34,954 nt of DNA from a virus (IMGVR_UViG_3300028585_000512:1-34954); one strand, 5' to 3'. Shown: positions 9,315 to 19,620, counted from the first letter of the stretch. Made by a program: numbers and translations. Notes: generated by a model from the sequence alone, not told the origin.

Positions 9315-9700
9315 CTGATTGGCTAGCCCAGCGGCACCCGCTACCTGAGGCCACCGGCACCGCGAGCACGTCAATCCATCCTCCCCAGGTATGGTTTGAC
9401 GTGCTCTTCTTTGCGTTCGGGGAGATGGGCATAAGCCAAGAGGAGTTTTACGATTTGACCTGGGACGTGTGGGAGTACAAAGTGTGGCACTACCGCATCC
9501 AACTGGCCCGTAGGCAGGAACCCTTTCGTGACCTCCAGGCCCAGCTACACAACATGCTAGCGGAAAAGAACGAAAAGCTCCCTCCCCACGAAATCATGTG
9601 GCTACTTACCGATCGCTTTGCAGCCCACCCCAACCCGCAAGCGGAGTTAGGCGCAAGCAAAGCCCTCTGGGAGCGGCTCAAGGCGCAGGGTAGATTCTAA
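9308..9700 (+). CDS. gpT-like C-terminal part of the frameshifted tail chaperone (G-T fusion)
   Basis: Open -1 frame with the GISQEEFYDLTW motif typical of gpT-like segments. Confidence 0.8.
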   Translation, partial: KLADWLAQRHPLPEATGTASTSIHPPQVWFDVLFFAFGEMGISQEEFYDLTWDVWEYKVWHYRIQLARRQEPFRDLQAQLHNMLAEKNEKLPPHEIMWLLTDRFAAHPNPQAELGASKALWERLKAQGRF

Positions 9701-9702
9701 GC

Positions 9703-9734
9703 AAAAGGCTCACCAACTGCTGGTGGGCCTTTTT
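9703..9734 (+). terminator. Rho-independent terminator
   Basis: AAAAGGCTCACCA/TGGTGGGCCTTTTT. Confidence 0.8.
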
Positions 9735-9772
9735 CATGCTCCATACCGCCGATTTCTACTGGTGCACAGCGC

Positions 9773-9780
9773 TATACATA
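9773..9780 (+). promoter_or_regulatory. YATAMATA motif upstream of the tape measure gene
   Basis: gcgcTATACATAa after a terminator. Confidence 0.65.
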
Positions 9781-9826
9781 AACCACGCATCGGCTCGGCC
9801 GACGAAAAAAGTAGACCGCTACTTTT

Positions 9827-12800
9827 TTGGATCTCTCCACCTTAAATGTCATATTCGGCGCTGACGACAGCGCCCTGGTTCGCGGCATCCAGAGTGCCAT
9901 CACGCAACTAGGCAGCTACGCCCGTGCCGCGCAAGACGTAGCTAACCAGGCGGGCAATAGTTTAGACGATTTTGCCAGCCGCGCTGGGGCAGCCGGCCGT
10001 AAGGCTGCCAACGACCTGGCGGCGGGCTTCTCATCCGCCAACGGCCAACTCAAAGCTTCCTTCGATGCCCTCGACGCCCAGCAGAAGCAGCTAGAAGCTG
10101 GTTACGGCCGACTGGGCACAGCCATAAAATCAGCCGGTGCGGGCCTGACCACTTACGTCACTGTACCCCTACTGGCCGGTGGGGCTACTGCCGTCAAGAC
10201 GTTCGCCGATTTTGAGAAGCTCCAGCTTGGCCTGGAAACCATCTCAAAGCAAGACCTGGCACTGAAAGGCATCACGGGGCTGGAAGCGGCAGCGAAAGCG
10301 GCTACGTTAGCCAAAGACCGCTTTGCTGAACTGGCTGAGGTAGCTAAGGCGCCAGGCATCGGGCTAGAACAGGCTGTGAAGGGCGACATTCGGCTGCGCT
10401 CAGTAGGCCTCAGCGCTGACCTAGCTAAGCGCTCGCTCGTGGAGTTTGCTAACGCCATCGCGAAGTCAGGCGGTGATGCAACCCAGCTCGACCAGCTCAC
10501 TGTGCAGCTCGGACAACTCGGGGCCAGCGCCAAGCTCACTGCGGCCGACCTTAAGCCCATCCTGAACGCGGCGCCCTCGGTAGCTGTACAGCTTCAGAAG
10601 CTTTACGGCACAGTTAGCGCCTCGGAGATCCAGAAGCAACTCGCCGCGCAAGGCCAGAGTACGAAGGACTTCATCAATACGCTGGTCACGGAGCTAGCCA
10701 AGTCTGAGCGCGCCACAGGTGGCCTGGGCAATTCGTTCGATAACCTCGGCAACGCGGTGCAGGCCAGCCTGGCCATCGTTGGGGCCAGCCTCGCTAAGAG
10801 CCTCAACCTCCAAGCCGTAGTCGATAAGATTGCAAACGGCATTGAGTCGCTGGGCAACTCCTTCGCCAGCCTTTCGCCCACCACGCAAAAGGTCATTCTT
10901 GGCTTTGCCGGGGTGGCCGCAGCAGCCGGGCCTATTCTGGTCGCAGTAGGTGCCATTGTAGCAGCCATTCCTGCCGTTACCGCAGGCTTCTCCGCATTAG
11001 GTGTTACCTCGCTGGCTGCGCTTACCCCGCTGCTGCCTATTGCTGCTGCTGTAGCTGCTGCGGCCGTGCTGATTTACGAGAACTGGGACGCGCTGGTGAG
11101 CTACTTCAAGGGCCCCGGCGCGCAGGCTATTAACACGGTAGCAGAATCGTTTTCCGGTGTGCTTACGGCGGTTAAGAACGCCAGCGACGCCTATGACGAG
11201 CTAGCCTCTACGGTGAAGGGAGCGCTGGGTATTGTCGATTCAGCCACTAGCAAAAGCTCCGCCGCAGTAGACACCTCACTCGGCGGGCTCATATCGGCCA
11301 CCGGCATCTTCAAGGCACTGTTTGAGGAACTGACCACCGGCATCTCGTCCATTGCCGACACGTTCTCCAACACGGTAAACTTCATTGGCGACCTGCTGCA
11401 AGGCAACTTCAAGAAGGCGCTGGAAGATGCGGGGGCCAACGTGGAATCACTCTCGCGGCCCCTGCGTAGCATGCTGGGGTTGGTGGAGAACATCAACAAG
11501 AAGAGTTTGGGTGACTTCTTGAGCACGGAGGGCGCACAGAAGCAATTATGGGCACCTGGTGGCGAAGGTGACTTTGGCAACATGGACTTCTTTGATGATA
11601 AGAGCGCCAAGCAGTCAGGTGAAACACTAGATAAGCTGAAGGAGAAGCTAAAGGGCCTGCGGGAGGAGTTGGGCAAGACCACCACCAACACGACGGAGTT
11701 TTTCAACCTGAAAAAGCAGTCCGCCGACCTTGACGCCTACATCAAAAAGATGGAGGATACGGGTAAAGCGGCCAAAAAAGCGGCCGATGCTATTGCAAAG
11801 GCATTCCAGGATGCGCAGAACAAGCTAGCCGGTATTGACTTCCGCGTGAACGTGGGTGCCGAGAGCCAGTTTGATGGGGCCACGGGCAAGGTAAAGGTGC
11901 TCTCTGACGCCATCGAAAAGCTATCCAGCCTCCCCGGCGGCAACGGCAGCGCCTACATGGTGAAGTTATTGGCCCAACTCGATACGGCCAAGGATGGCGT
12001 CACCAAACTATTGAACAGCATCAAGTTCAAGCCTTCGAACACAGCCATCGACTTCGACATCAACGGCGACACCATCGTCAAGATTCAGAAGGAGCTGACC
12101 GAAGCCAACTTAAAAGCCAAGGTGGAGTTTGAGTACGACCGCGACCCGGCCAAGTTTGCGGCGGCACTAGCGCAAAACCAGCAGGCAGCAATCCAGCAGC
12201 TAGCCGACAACAAGATTTCGGTTAGTACCAACGATACGACCAAGAACATCGCGGGTACCGCGCCTGCCCTGGCTAAAAATGCGTTCGATGCCAGCTCCCT
12301 CCAGACTTATACCCAGGCCATGAAGGAGTTGAACAGCACCCAGGGCGCGTTTGGCGCGGGCTTCAACGCGGCGGCCGAGAAGATGCAGGTAACATCGGCC
12401 CGGCTACGTGACCTCATCGCGCTTGGGCAGCAGGGCACACCTGCATTTGCTCAGCTCACGGCCGAGCTAAAGCAACTCAAGATGGCGGCCGATTGGAGCG
12501 ACATCGTGAACTCGGCTGCCGATGGGCTCAAGGGGCTGCTCGTAGATGCTGCCACCACGGTAGCTGATAACCTGGCCGACATAGCGGTGGGTAATGCCAG
12601 CGCTGAAGATGGTTTCGCACAACTCTTTTCGGGCGTGCTTGCCTCGATTGGCGGCTTCTTGCAGCAACTCGGTGCCCAGCTCGTGACCTATGGCCTACTC
12701 AACCTGGCCTTCACCACGCTGGCCAGTAACCCCCTGACCGCGCCCGCAGCCATTGCCATTGGCCTAGCGGCCATCGCGGCCGGGGCCGTGTTCAAGGCCA

Positions 12801-13012
12801 TCTCCAAGAAGGTATCGCCTAGCGCCGGGGCCAGCTCGGGTAGCTCCGGTGGAGCTAGTACGGGTGCCAGTTCGGGTTCCTCCGCCTCGGCCACCAAGAA
12901 CAGTACTATTAGGGTTGAAGTCACTTTCGCCCCGGTCGAACTGCGGGCTGACGGCCCCACGCTACGCTCGGTGATGACAGTTGATGCATACCGTCTGGTG
13001 AATACCAAGTAA
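9827..13012 (+). CDS. Tail tape measure protein
   Basis: 1061-aa Ala/Gly-rich helical protein with LTTYVTVPL, hydrophobic stretches and IYENWD; follows the chaperone. Confidence 0.93.
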   Translation: MDLSTLNVIFGADDSALVRGIQSAITQLGSYARAAQDVANQAGNSLDDFASRAGAAGRKAANDLAAGFSSANGQLKASFDALDAQQKQLEAGYGRLGTAIKSAGAGLTTYVTVPLLAGGATAVKTFADFEKLQLGLETISKQDLALKGITGLEAAAKAATLAKDRFAELAEVAKAPGIGLEQAVKGDIRLRSVGLSADLAKRSLVEFANAIAKSGGDATQLDQLTVQLGQLGASAKLTAADLKPILNAAPSVAVQLQKLYGTVSASEIQKQLAAQGQSTKDFINTLVTELAKSERATGGLGNSFDNLGNAVQASLAIVGASLAKSLNLQAVVDKIANGIESLGNSFASLSPTTQKVILGFAGVAAAAGPILVAVGAIVAAIPAVTAGFSALGVTSLAALTPLLPIAAAVAAAAVLIYENWDALVSYFKGPGAQAINTVAESFSGVLTAVKNASDAYDELASTVKGALGIVDSATSKSSAAVDTSLGGLISATGIFKALFEELTTGISSIADTFSNTVNFIGDLLQGNFKKALEDAGANVESLSRPLRSMLGLVENINKKSLGDFLSTEGAQKQLWAPGGEGDFGNMDFFDDKSAKQSGETLDKLKEKLKGLREELGKTTTNTTEFFNLKKQSADLDAYIKKMEDTGKAAKKAADAIAKAFQDAQNKLAGIDFRVNVGAESQFDGATGKVKVLSDAIEKLSSLPGGNGSAYMVKLLAQLDTAKDGVTKLLNSIKFKPSNTAIDFDINGDTIVKIQKELTEANLKAKVEFEYDRDPAKFAAALAQNQQAAIQQLADNKISVSTNDTTKNIAGTAPALAKNAFDASSLQTYTQAMKELNSTQGAFGAGFNAAAEKMQVTSARLRDLIALGQQGTPAFAQLTAELKQLKMAADWSDIVNSAADGLKGLLVDAATTVADNLADIAVGNASAEDGFAQLFSGVLASIGGFLQQLGAQLVTYGLLNLAFTTLASNPLTAPAAIAIGLAAIAAGAVFKAISKKVSPSAGASSGSSGGASTGASSGSSASATKNSTIRVEVTFAPVELRADGPTLRSVMTVDAYRLVNTK

Positions 13013-13031
13013 GCACTTGCGACACCTAAAG

Positions 13032-13066
13032 AAGCCCTTGTTTCCACCGAGAAGCAAGGGCTTTTT
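13032..13066 (+). terminator. Rho-independent terminator
   Basis: AAGCCCTTG..TTC/GAAGCAAGGGCTTTTT. Confidence 0.8.
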
Positions 13067-13083
13067 GCTGCGCCTTACCCAGC

Positions 13084-13091
13084 CATACATA
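13084..13091 (+). promoter_or_regulatory. YATAMATA motif upstream of the tail tip gene
   Basis: cagcCATACATAg after a terminator. Confidence 0.7.
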
Positions 13092-13112
13092 GGTATAAAA
13101 AACCCTTACAGT

Positions 13113-16100
13113 ATGGCAAAGACATTAGTACGCACCTATTGCGTGAACACCGCCAACGGCGATTTTGAGCAGCACAACCTCTACTACAACACGGGTATTC
13201 TACCGGCTGATTATACCGCTAGTCCCCTAACCAACGAGACGGTACTAGCCGCGACGTGCAGCGCCTACTCGATAGCGGACGGTACCGTGCTCGAAACCTA
13301 CTGCGCCTTGGATAACAGCGGCAAGGGGGTGCGGCGCACCGTTACGTCCTCCGCAGCTTCCTTAAGTGCCTATGTACTAAACGACACCCCAGACGTAGCC
13401 TGTAACGGGGCGTGCGACCTACTCGTCACCTATCAGGGCAGCAGCCCCACCACAACGACCAAGACGGATGATGGCACTATCACCATCGAGGCAAGCACCA
13501 GCTACCCACCAGTAACCGTGTACATCGCGGGCCTGGGCAGCAATGGCTTCCCTACAACGACCACCGTTTTCAACAAGGGCTCCTTCCCAGAAACGGCCCA
13601 GTACGTTTACAAGAATGTACCAGCGGGCAGCTACTCGGCCATCCTACAGGACGCCGGCAACTGCTCACGCGCTACCGGCACCCTCGTGGTGGAGAAGGGC
13701 AACGCACCTGGGACGGGCGGCGTCGGGAATGCCAGCAACGCTAGGTGGTTCAAATATGAGCTGTTCTACGACTTCAGCAATGTGAACATCTTCACCCAGG
13801 CACCGAAGCTGCGCGGCTACGCATGGGACCCGAGCACCAAACAGGCCTACTACACGACGCCTTACGTCCCGGTATTTGGTAACTACTCCAACCATTTGGA
13901 TTACCAGAAAGGCGAGATAGTGCAGCTCTACGAACGGCAGCTGTTCTTCACGGGCTTCAAGGGCTACTACATGGCCAAGTCTGATATGACCTTGGCCGCG
14001 TTCCCAGGTGGGGTACCCGCGCCTAGCAACACGGACTATTGGACTAGATTGGATCCACCGTACGGGGGCAACTTCGGCACGACGCGGTTCTTTGCCTCGT
14101 CTACGGTTCGTACGGAGTCCTTCAAGCAGGCCCCGACGCCACCGGACGCCAACACCTCGTATTTCTACAACGAGGGCGAGGTGATGCGCTATGACTGGAC
14201 TGGTTTCTACCGCACCAAGAAGTACATGAACTCGCGCAGCTTCCCCAATGGCAAATTCCCCGAGCCCACGGTTGGTGCATCCAACGAGTACTGGGAGAAG
14301 GTGGAAGGGTATGATTTCTTCTACTTTGCGGCTGATGAACTCGACATCATCGACCAGTACATGATTGGCACGTTGAACCGCCGCGTGCGCTTCCATGCGT
14401 GGAACCCGGAGCAGCTGTACTTCACTCCGAGTACGTCGAATTACTTCTCGAACAAGGACAACGACTTCGTCATGTTCGACGACAGCACCCCCACGGTGGA
14501 AACTGGTCTAGGCGACCTGAAGGTAATCGACATCATCAAGAATGATGTTGATTACCAAGGTGCCGAGAACGGCAGCGTCTGGGTACAGGCCGAGACGCCT
14601 AGCCCACCCGTACGCTACCACCTGCGCAACGGGGTGCGACCGGGCTACGTGCAGGATAACCTGACCGGCATCTACGAAAACCTACACCCCGGCGCTTACG
14701 TGGTGGACATTTACGATGCCAAGGATAGGTACGTGAGCGCGGAGTTTACTATCGAAGACCACTATGGCCTACGCTGGCAACTCAAGTTTGACGACCCGCG
14801 CAACACCCCGCTGGAGCTGCGCATCTTCGAGCGCGATTGGCAAGGCGGCGTAACGGCTACCATCGGCACCGAGGCACCTGTGATGCACTACTGGGACGAT
14901 GGCGACCCCACGGGTAAATCGCTCACCGACATCGCGGGTTCAGGACTGGACTTCAACGTCTACACCACCGTGGCCCAGGAGTTCGTGGACACGGCTACCC
15001 GCGACGACCGCAGCCACCGAGTCGATTATTACCGCAACGGCAACTTAGAATTTCGCGGCTACCTCAACCCCGGGTTATACCGGGAGAAGATGCTGGGCCC
15101 TGGCCAACCAGTCACGCTCACCGCCACCTGCGGGCTGGCCCAGCTCAGCGATACCAAGTGGGTAAACCACCTGCGTGAGCGCCAGGAGGCCCGCACCAAT
15201 ATGCTTTCAGTAGTCCTCAAGTGTCTGAGCTTTTGCGACCTCAACCTGCCGGTGTGGTGCGGCCTAAATCTGCGCGATAAGCTAATGGCAGCTTCGGCTG
15301 ACCCACTCGCTGAGGCGTACATTCACCGCAACGTCTTCCACAAAAAAGACGGTAAGGTCATCGCCGACGAGGACATCATCGACTGCCGCACCGTGCTGGC
15401 CGGGGTACTGCGCGGCTTCAACGCCCACCTGACCCAAGCGGCGGGCTGCTGGAAAATCATCAGCCTCAGCGAGGTATACGACGAGTATGCCGTACGGGTG
15501 TGGTCGCCGGCGGGCGTACTGCAAACCGGCGTCGATACCACGCCCACGCCTGTGCGCATCCTACCACCCACCGATGCTACCGGGGCCAACGAACTCTACT
15601 GGATTGGAGCCAACCAAGACCGCACCACCGTGCCGCCTGCCATCTACGCCAAAGCTACCGTAGGGCTTCAACTGGAAAAGACCCTGCTACGCAACGGCGA
15701 CTTCGTAGACTGGGACGCGGCTAACAAACGCCCGCTATATTGGACGGTGGAGGGCGCAACTACCACCATCACGCGGGCCAAGGGTGAAAAGGCAAAGGAA
15801 TACGCGGTGCAATTCGCTGGCTATGGCCTCTTCCTAGTCCCCAGCGGCGGCCTGCTTTCGCCACCCGCGCCCCACCTGACCGGCCAGGACGAAGACAGCC
15901 TGGTGCTCAAGTTCAAAGCCAAGCTGGATCATACCACCACGAACCCGGCTGACCTAACAGCCACGCTCTATTTCCAAGTGGTATGCGACGGCCAAGACTA
16001 TGGAAAGCCACTAGCGGCCGAGGTGAGTACCAAGGATAACTGGAAAGAGCAGACCCTGTACCTGCCTACGGGCTTGCCTGGGACTTCCGTGCGGATTCGG

Positions 16101-16766
16101 GTGCTACCACCCGTCGCAACTGACGCGGCCTCCACCAAGACGACCCTGCGCCTGAACAGCGTAGGATTAGCCATTCAACCCAACCTAGTTGATTGGACGG
16201 ATACCACGACTGACTTTTTCGTAGCTACAAATCTGGTGGTGCAGACCGGCGTGGTGTTGGATGAGGTGGAATTAGTGGTCGCCGACCTGCCGCTGTTACC
16301 TGACGCAAATGGCGTGGCACGACCACCCAAGAAGATGGATGTTTACGCCTGGCGGCATGCTATTTCTCTTAGAGATTATAGTGCCACCACGCGCTGGTCG
16401 CGGCCGGGTTACCCAACTGGCGCGCCTTACCTCGACAACACGGCTCAAGACCGGATGGCTCTGTACCAGGTAGCGGCTACGGTGCTAACCGGCGAGGTGA
16501 AAGGCCCCGGCATCAACGTGATTCGGGCTGGGCAATTGCTCGACGCGCCGGCCGACGTAGAAGGCCGGTTCATTGTCCTGAACTGCTCCGTAAACGAGCG
16601 CCTGGGTACCGCCCGTATCACGGCCCGCAAGCTGGCCGACGGCTACTTCGGTGTGGTGATGCCCAACGTACCAAACCACGCTCGTGTCGCCAACAAGCAC
16701 AGCAAAAAGGGCTACCGAATAAGCTTTACAAATGCCACCAAGGGCTACCGCGTAGCCCACAAGTAG
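13113..16766 (+). CDS. Large tail tip/hub protein with SprB-like and carbohydrate-binding-like modules
   Basis: Follows the tape measure gene. Two SprB-like repeats (GTITIEA..PP..NVPAGSY...DAGNC; GSVWVQA..PP..NLHPGAY.V...DAK) and two Y-x-x-G-E/D-x-V...P...YW modules. Start is the ATG at 13113, after the terminator. Confidence 0.75.
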   Translation: MAKTLVRTYCVNTANGDFEQHNLYYNTGILPADYTASPLTNETVLAATCSAYSIADGTVLETYCALDNSGKGVRRTVTSSAASLSAYVLNDTPDVACNGACDLLVTYQGSSPTTTTKTDDGTITIEASTSYPPVTVYIAGLGSNGFPTTTTVFNKGSFPETAQYVYKNVPAGSYSAILQDAGNCSRATGTLVVEKGNAPGTGGVGNASNARWFKYELFYDFSNVNIFTQAPKLRGYAWDPSTKQAYYTTPYVPVFGNYSNHLDYQKGEIVQLYERQLFFTGFKGYYMAKSDMTLAAFPGGVPAPSNTDYWTRLDPPYGGNFGTTRFFASSTVRTESFKQAPTPPDANTSYFYNEGEVMRYDWTGFYRTKKYMNSRSFPNGKFPEPTVGASNEYWEKVEGYDFFYFAADELDIIDQYMIGTLNRRVRFHAWNPEQLYFTPSTSNYFSNKDNDFVMFDDSTPTVETGLGDLKVIDIIKNDVDYQGAENGSVWVQAETPSPPVRYHLRNGVRPGYVQDNLTGIYENLHPGAYVVDIYDAKDRYVSAEFTIEDHYGLRWQLKFDDPRNTPLELRIFERDWQGGVTATIGTEAPVMHYWDDGDPTGKSLTDIAGSGLDFNVYTTVAQEFVDTATRDDRSHRVDYYRNGNLEFRGYLNPGLYREKMLGPGQPVTLTATCGLAQLSDTKWVNHLRERQEARTNMLSVVLKCLSFCDLNLPVWCGLNLRDKLMAASADPLAEAYIHRNVFHKKDGKVIADEDIIDCRTVLAGVLRGFNAHLTQAAGCWKIISLSEVYDEYAVRVWSPAGVLQTGVDTTPTPVRILPPTDATGANELYWIGANQDRTTVPPAIYAKATVGLQLEKTLLRNGDFVDWDAANKRPLYWTVEGATTTITRAKGEKAKEYAVQFAGYGLFLVPSGGLLSPPAPHLTGQDEDSLVLKFKAKLDHTTTNPADLTATLYFQVVCDGQDYGKPLAAEVSTKDNWKEQTLYLPTGLPGTSVRIRVLPPVATDAASTKTTLRLNSVGLAIQPNLVDWTDTTTDFFVATNLVVQTGVVLDEVELVVADLPLLPDANGVARPPKKMDVYAWRHAISLRDYSATTRWSRPGYPTGAPYLDNTAQDRMALYQVAATVLTGEVKGPGINVIRAGQLLDAPADVEGRFIVLNCSVNERLGTARITARKLADGYFGVVMPNVPNHARVANKHSKKGYRISFTNATKGYRVAHK

Positions 16767-16771
16767 CCCGA

Positions 16772-16801
16772 AAAAAGGCCGCTCGACCGAGCGGCCTTTT
16801 T
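16772..16801 (+). terminator. Rho-independent terminator (potentially bidirectional)
   Basis: AAAAAGGCCGCTCG/CGAGCGGCCTTTTT. Confidence 0.85.
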
Positions 16802-16817
16802 AGGCCTTACGCAGAAC

Positions 16818-16825
16818 CATACATA
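16818..16825 (+). promoter_or_regulatory. YATAMATA motif upstream of the tail fibre gene
   Basis: gaacCATACATAg after a terminator. Confidence 0.7.
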
Positions 16826-16857
16826 GTGAAGCCCCCAAAATATCGCGGCTTCTCTTC

Positions 16858-19572
16858 ATGCCCATTACGCTCACCGAGTACAACATAAATGACCTAGACT
16901 CCCTACCCAACCGGGCAGACCTAGTCACTAAATTTCTGGAAGTAGCTGACGCAAACGGCAAGACGAACAACAAGGTCAGCTTTGTCGATTTTGCCCAAGA
17001 AATAATCAATAGCGCCCCAGGCGGCAACAACAGCAAGAGCCTCTACAAGACGGCGCGTACCTACGATACCACCGACCCCAACTACGTACCAGGCTTCCCG
17101 ACACTAGTAGGGCTGAACGCCGACTTCCTGGCCGGGGGCGCGCTTTGCTGGGTGGAGTTCCCGCAGCCCAGCCGCGAGTACCGGCTTATGTACGACCCCA
17201 ACGGCCCGGTGCGCGCCTACACCAGCGGCGAGTTCGTTGGACAGAAGCTCAACTACCGTTGGATAGAGAAGACAGAAGCCGACCAACTGATAGCCGGGTT
17301 TGCCGACTTCAATCCCTTTACCTCCGAATACAAGCAAGGCGACTCGGTGAAGTTCAAGCTCGCTGGCATCATCCGGCTGTTCTCGGCACGCCAGAAGCTC
17401 ACGAAGTCCTCATGGCCTACCAACCTCATCCCCGAGCCAACGGGCTCCGCCACGGACGCGAATTGGACTGAAATCAGCGCCCAGTCCTCCCCCAACGACT
17501 CGACCGGCGGCCAGATAGCCTGCCGCTTCCGCTTCATCGCCGAGAGCCAGGTCGACCCCTACGGCGGCGATTCGCTTGAGGCCGTCACCTTGCGCAATAA
17601 TAACCTCTACACCAACCGTACGGCCACCGTGGAACTTGGTCCTAATGCTGGCACCTACCGGGTGGTGTACGAGCCCACGAGCCCCGAGTTTTTCGCCTAC
17701 GTGGACGGCTCCCTATCAGGCGGCAAGAACCCCTGTAAGTGGGCGCTGGTCGAGGAGGCCAAGCCGGCCGTTACCCCGTGGGTGGCCGGGCCGCAAAAGG
17801 CCAACAGCCTGGTGCTGTACAACGGAAATGTCTACCGAGTTAAAAGCGACATTACCAATGGCCAGTCCGCTCCCGCAGGCAATACGCAGTACTACCAGCC
17901 CATTGGCCAGGATGGCAACGCGGCTCAACTGGTAGGCGGCAATAGCTTTCAGGACGCGCAATTCTTCCAGGGCAACGGGGCCAGCATCACGTTGGACAGC
18001 GGCACCATCTTCGCAACTGCTGACAACGATGTGGCCAGCACTATCATCACGCCGGGCCAAGTGGCGCTCTACAGCAACGGCAACCGCCAAGGCCGCATCA
18101 GTGCCACCAACTCAGCGCTAGTTCTGGAGGGATCCAACGTGCAGGTAGCGCAAGACCCTACCCAGCCGCTGGGCGTGGCCACTAAAGGCTACGTGGACGC
18201 AGCTAATGCGTTAGCGAACGCGGATGCTGCCCGAGCAAACAGCCGCCTCGACACGCTAGTGGAAAACGCGCCCCAGGCACTCAACACGCTCAAGGAGATT
18301 TCTGACCAGCTCACAGCAGACGAGCAGGGAACCGCCGCCATCTTGGCCACCCAACAGCAGCACACCCAGCAACTCGCCGACGTGCTGACGCTCAGCACCA
18401 CCCAGATAGCAACTGGTGCCAAGACGTTCACCCAACCGCTTACCATTGGCACAACTAGCGGCTCGAACTCGTTGAACGTGTGGTCTAACTCGTCGGATAC
18501 CAATGTGTTTATCGCTAGCTTACTGGCACCAAATGTACGCGACAACGTCTTCCTTACCATTGGTAGCCAATCCGGTTCAAATGGGCAAAGCGCGCTGTTT
18601 GGTTTTAGCCGGGAAAACGGTATACCGGCTGCCTTCTTTACCAATTATGGTCGCCCAGCATCGGATTTCAAAATCCTCGGCACGAACGGCAATATTGGTA
18701 TGGGTACCACCAGTCCTAGCGAACGCCTGGAGGTAAACGGCAACGTAAAGGCAACCAAGTTCATCGGTGATGGCTCACAGTTGGCCAACCTGCCGACAAC
18801 GCCGGTGGAACAGAACCTAACGTCTAATTCTACCACCGCTGCCCCTTCTGTTGCAGCGGTGGTAGCATCCTACAGGAACAACCTCACTGCTATTAGTCGT
18901 GACGCAAACCAGACGCTGGACGCGCGTCAGGGAAAGGTGTTGGACGACAAAATAGCCGCCGTAAACAACAATATACGCCCTACAGTGGCCATCATGGACC
19001 CGTTCGCGCAGACCACGTTCCAGCAGGGTTACTACTACGTGTACAACGACATCCTGTGGCTGCGCACGGGTGCTACGGTGTCTGATAGCGCCAGCAATGT
19101 GCTCTACGTCGGGTCTCCCGGCTGGAAGGACACGCTGGGGTACAATATCTACGACGGCCTGATTAGCTACGGTGACCGCTCACTGAGCAATGACTCCCGC
19201 TGGGTGAAATACCAGGTGGGCGTGTCTAACCAACGGGCCATTAAGGGGCAGATCTGGTACCTGAACGGCAACGCATACCGCTACATCAACAACGTAAGTT
19301 CCATCGGCGTCGCTCAGATCATCTCTGGCCCTGACGAGTTTGCTAACCAAACGCTGTGGGAGAACGTCATCGGCGGCGGCGTGGTACCACAGAACCTCAA
19401 AAACATAGTCCGCAATGGCACATTCACCAATGGTGAATTGCAGGGCACACAGCCGCAAAACTCTGTAAGCAACGCCAAGTTCACCGACGCGAACTATAGG
19501 TACGAGTACACCTACGCCGCAGCCGACACAAACGGCACCCAATTCGTGTGGGTACGAACGCAAAAAGCCTAA
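16858..19572 (+). CDS. Tail fibre / receptor-binding protein
   Basis: Fibre motifs ATKGYVD, APQALNTLKEI and GNIGMGTTSPSERLEVNG; several CBM5/12-like aromatic modules. Confidence 0.75.
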   Translation: MPITLTEYNINDLDSLPNRADLVTKFLEVADANGKTNNKVSFVDFAQEIINSAPGGNNSKSLYKTARTYDTTDPNYVPGFPTLVGLNADFLAGGALCWVEFPQPSREYRLMYDPNGPVRAYTSGEFVGQKLNYRWIEKTEADQLIAGFADFNPFTSEYKQGDSVKFKLAGIIRLFSARQKLTKSSWPTNLIPEPTGSATDANWTEISAQSSPNDSTGGQIACRFRFIAESQVDPYGGDSLEAVTLRNNNLYTNRTATVELGPNAGTYRVVYEPTSPEFFAYVDGSLSGGKNPCKWALVEEAKPAVTPWVAGPQKANSLVLYNGNVYRVKSDITNGQSAPAGNTQYYQPIGQDGNAAQLVGGNSFQDAQFFQGNGASITLDSGTIFATADNDVASTIITPGQVALYSNGNRQGRISATNSALVLEGSNVQVAQDPTQPLGVATKGYVDAANALANADAARANSRLDTLVENAPQALNTLKEISDQLTADEQGTAAILATQQQHTQQLADVLTLSTTQIATGAKTFTQPLTIGTTSGSNSLNVWSNSSDTNVFIASLLAPNVRDNVFLTIGSQSGSNGQSALFGFSRENGIPAAFFTNYGRPASDFKILGTNGNIGMGTTSPSERLEVNGNVKATKFIGDGSQLANLPTTPVEQNLTSNSTTAAPSVAAVVASYRNNLTAISRDANQTLDARQGKVLDDKIAAVNNNIRPTVAIMDPFAQTTFQQGYYYVYNDILWLRTGATVSDSASNVLYVGSPGWKDTLGYNIYDGLISYGDRSLSNDSRWVKYQVGVSNQRAIKGQIWYLNGNAYRYINNVSSIGVAQIISGPDEFANQTLWENVIGGGVVPQNLKNIVRNGTFTNGELQGTQPQNSVSNAKFTDANYRYEYTYAAADTNGTQFVWVRTQKA

Positions 19573-19578
19573 TCAAAC

Positions 19579-19620
19579 CCAGCACTCTCTCGGCGTTCTC
19601 GTCGGCAGGGTGCTGGATTT
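19579..19620 (+). terminator. Probable terminator hairpin
   Basis: CCAGCACTC.../...GGGTGCTGG followed by ATTT; imperfect. Confidence 0.5.

Noticed and set aside
13017-13112. TTG-start extension of the tail tip ORF
   Set aside because: Spans a terminator and the promoter-like motif; the ATG at 13113 is more plausible.
13113-19572. Diversity-generating retroelement targeting tail genes
   Set aside because: No reverse transcriptase and no TR/VR nucleotide repeat pair were seen; the 518-aa polymerase lacks RT YxDD motifs.
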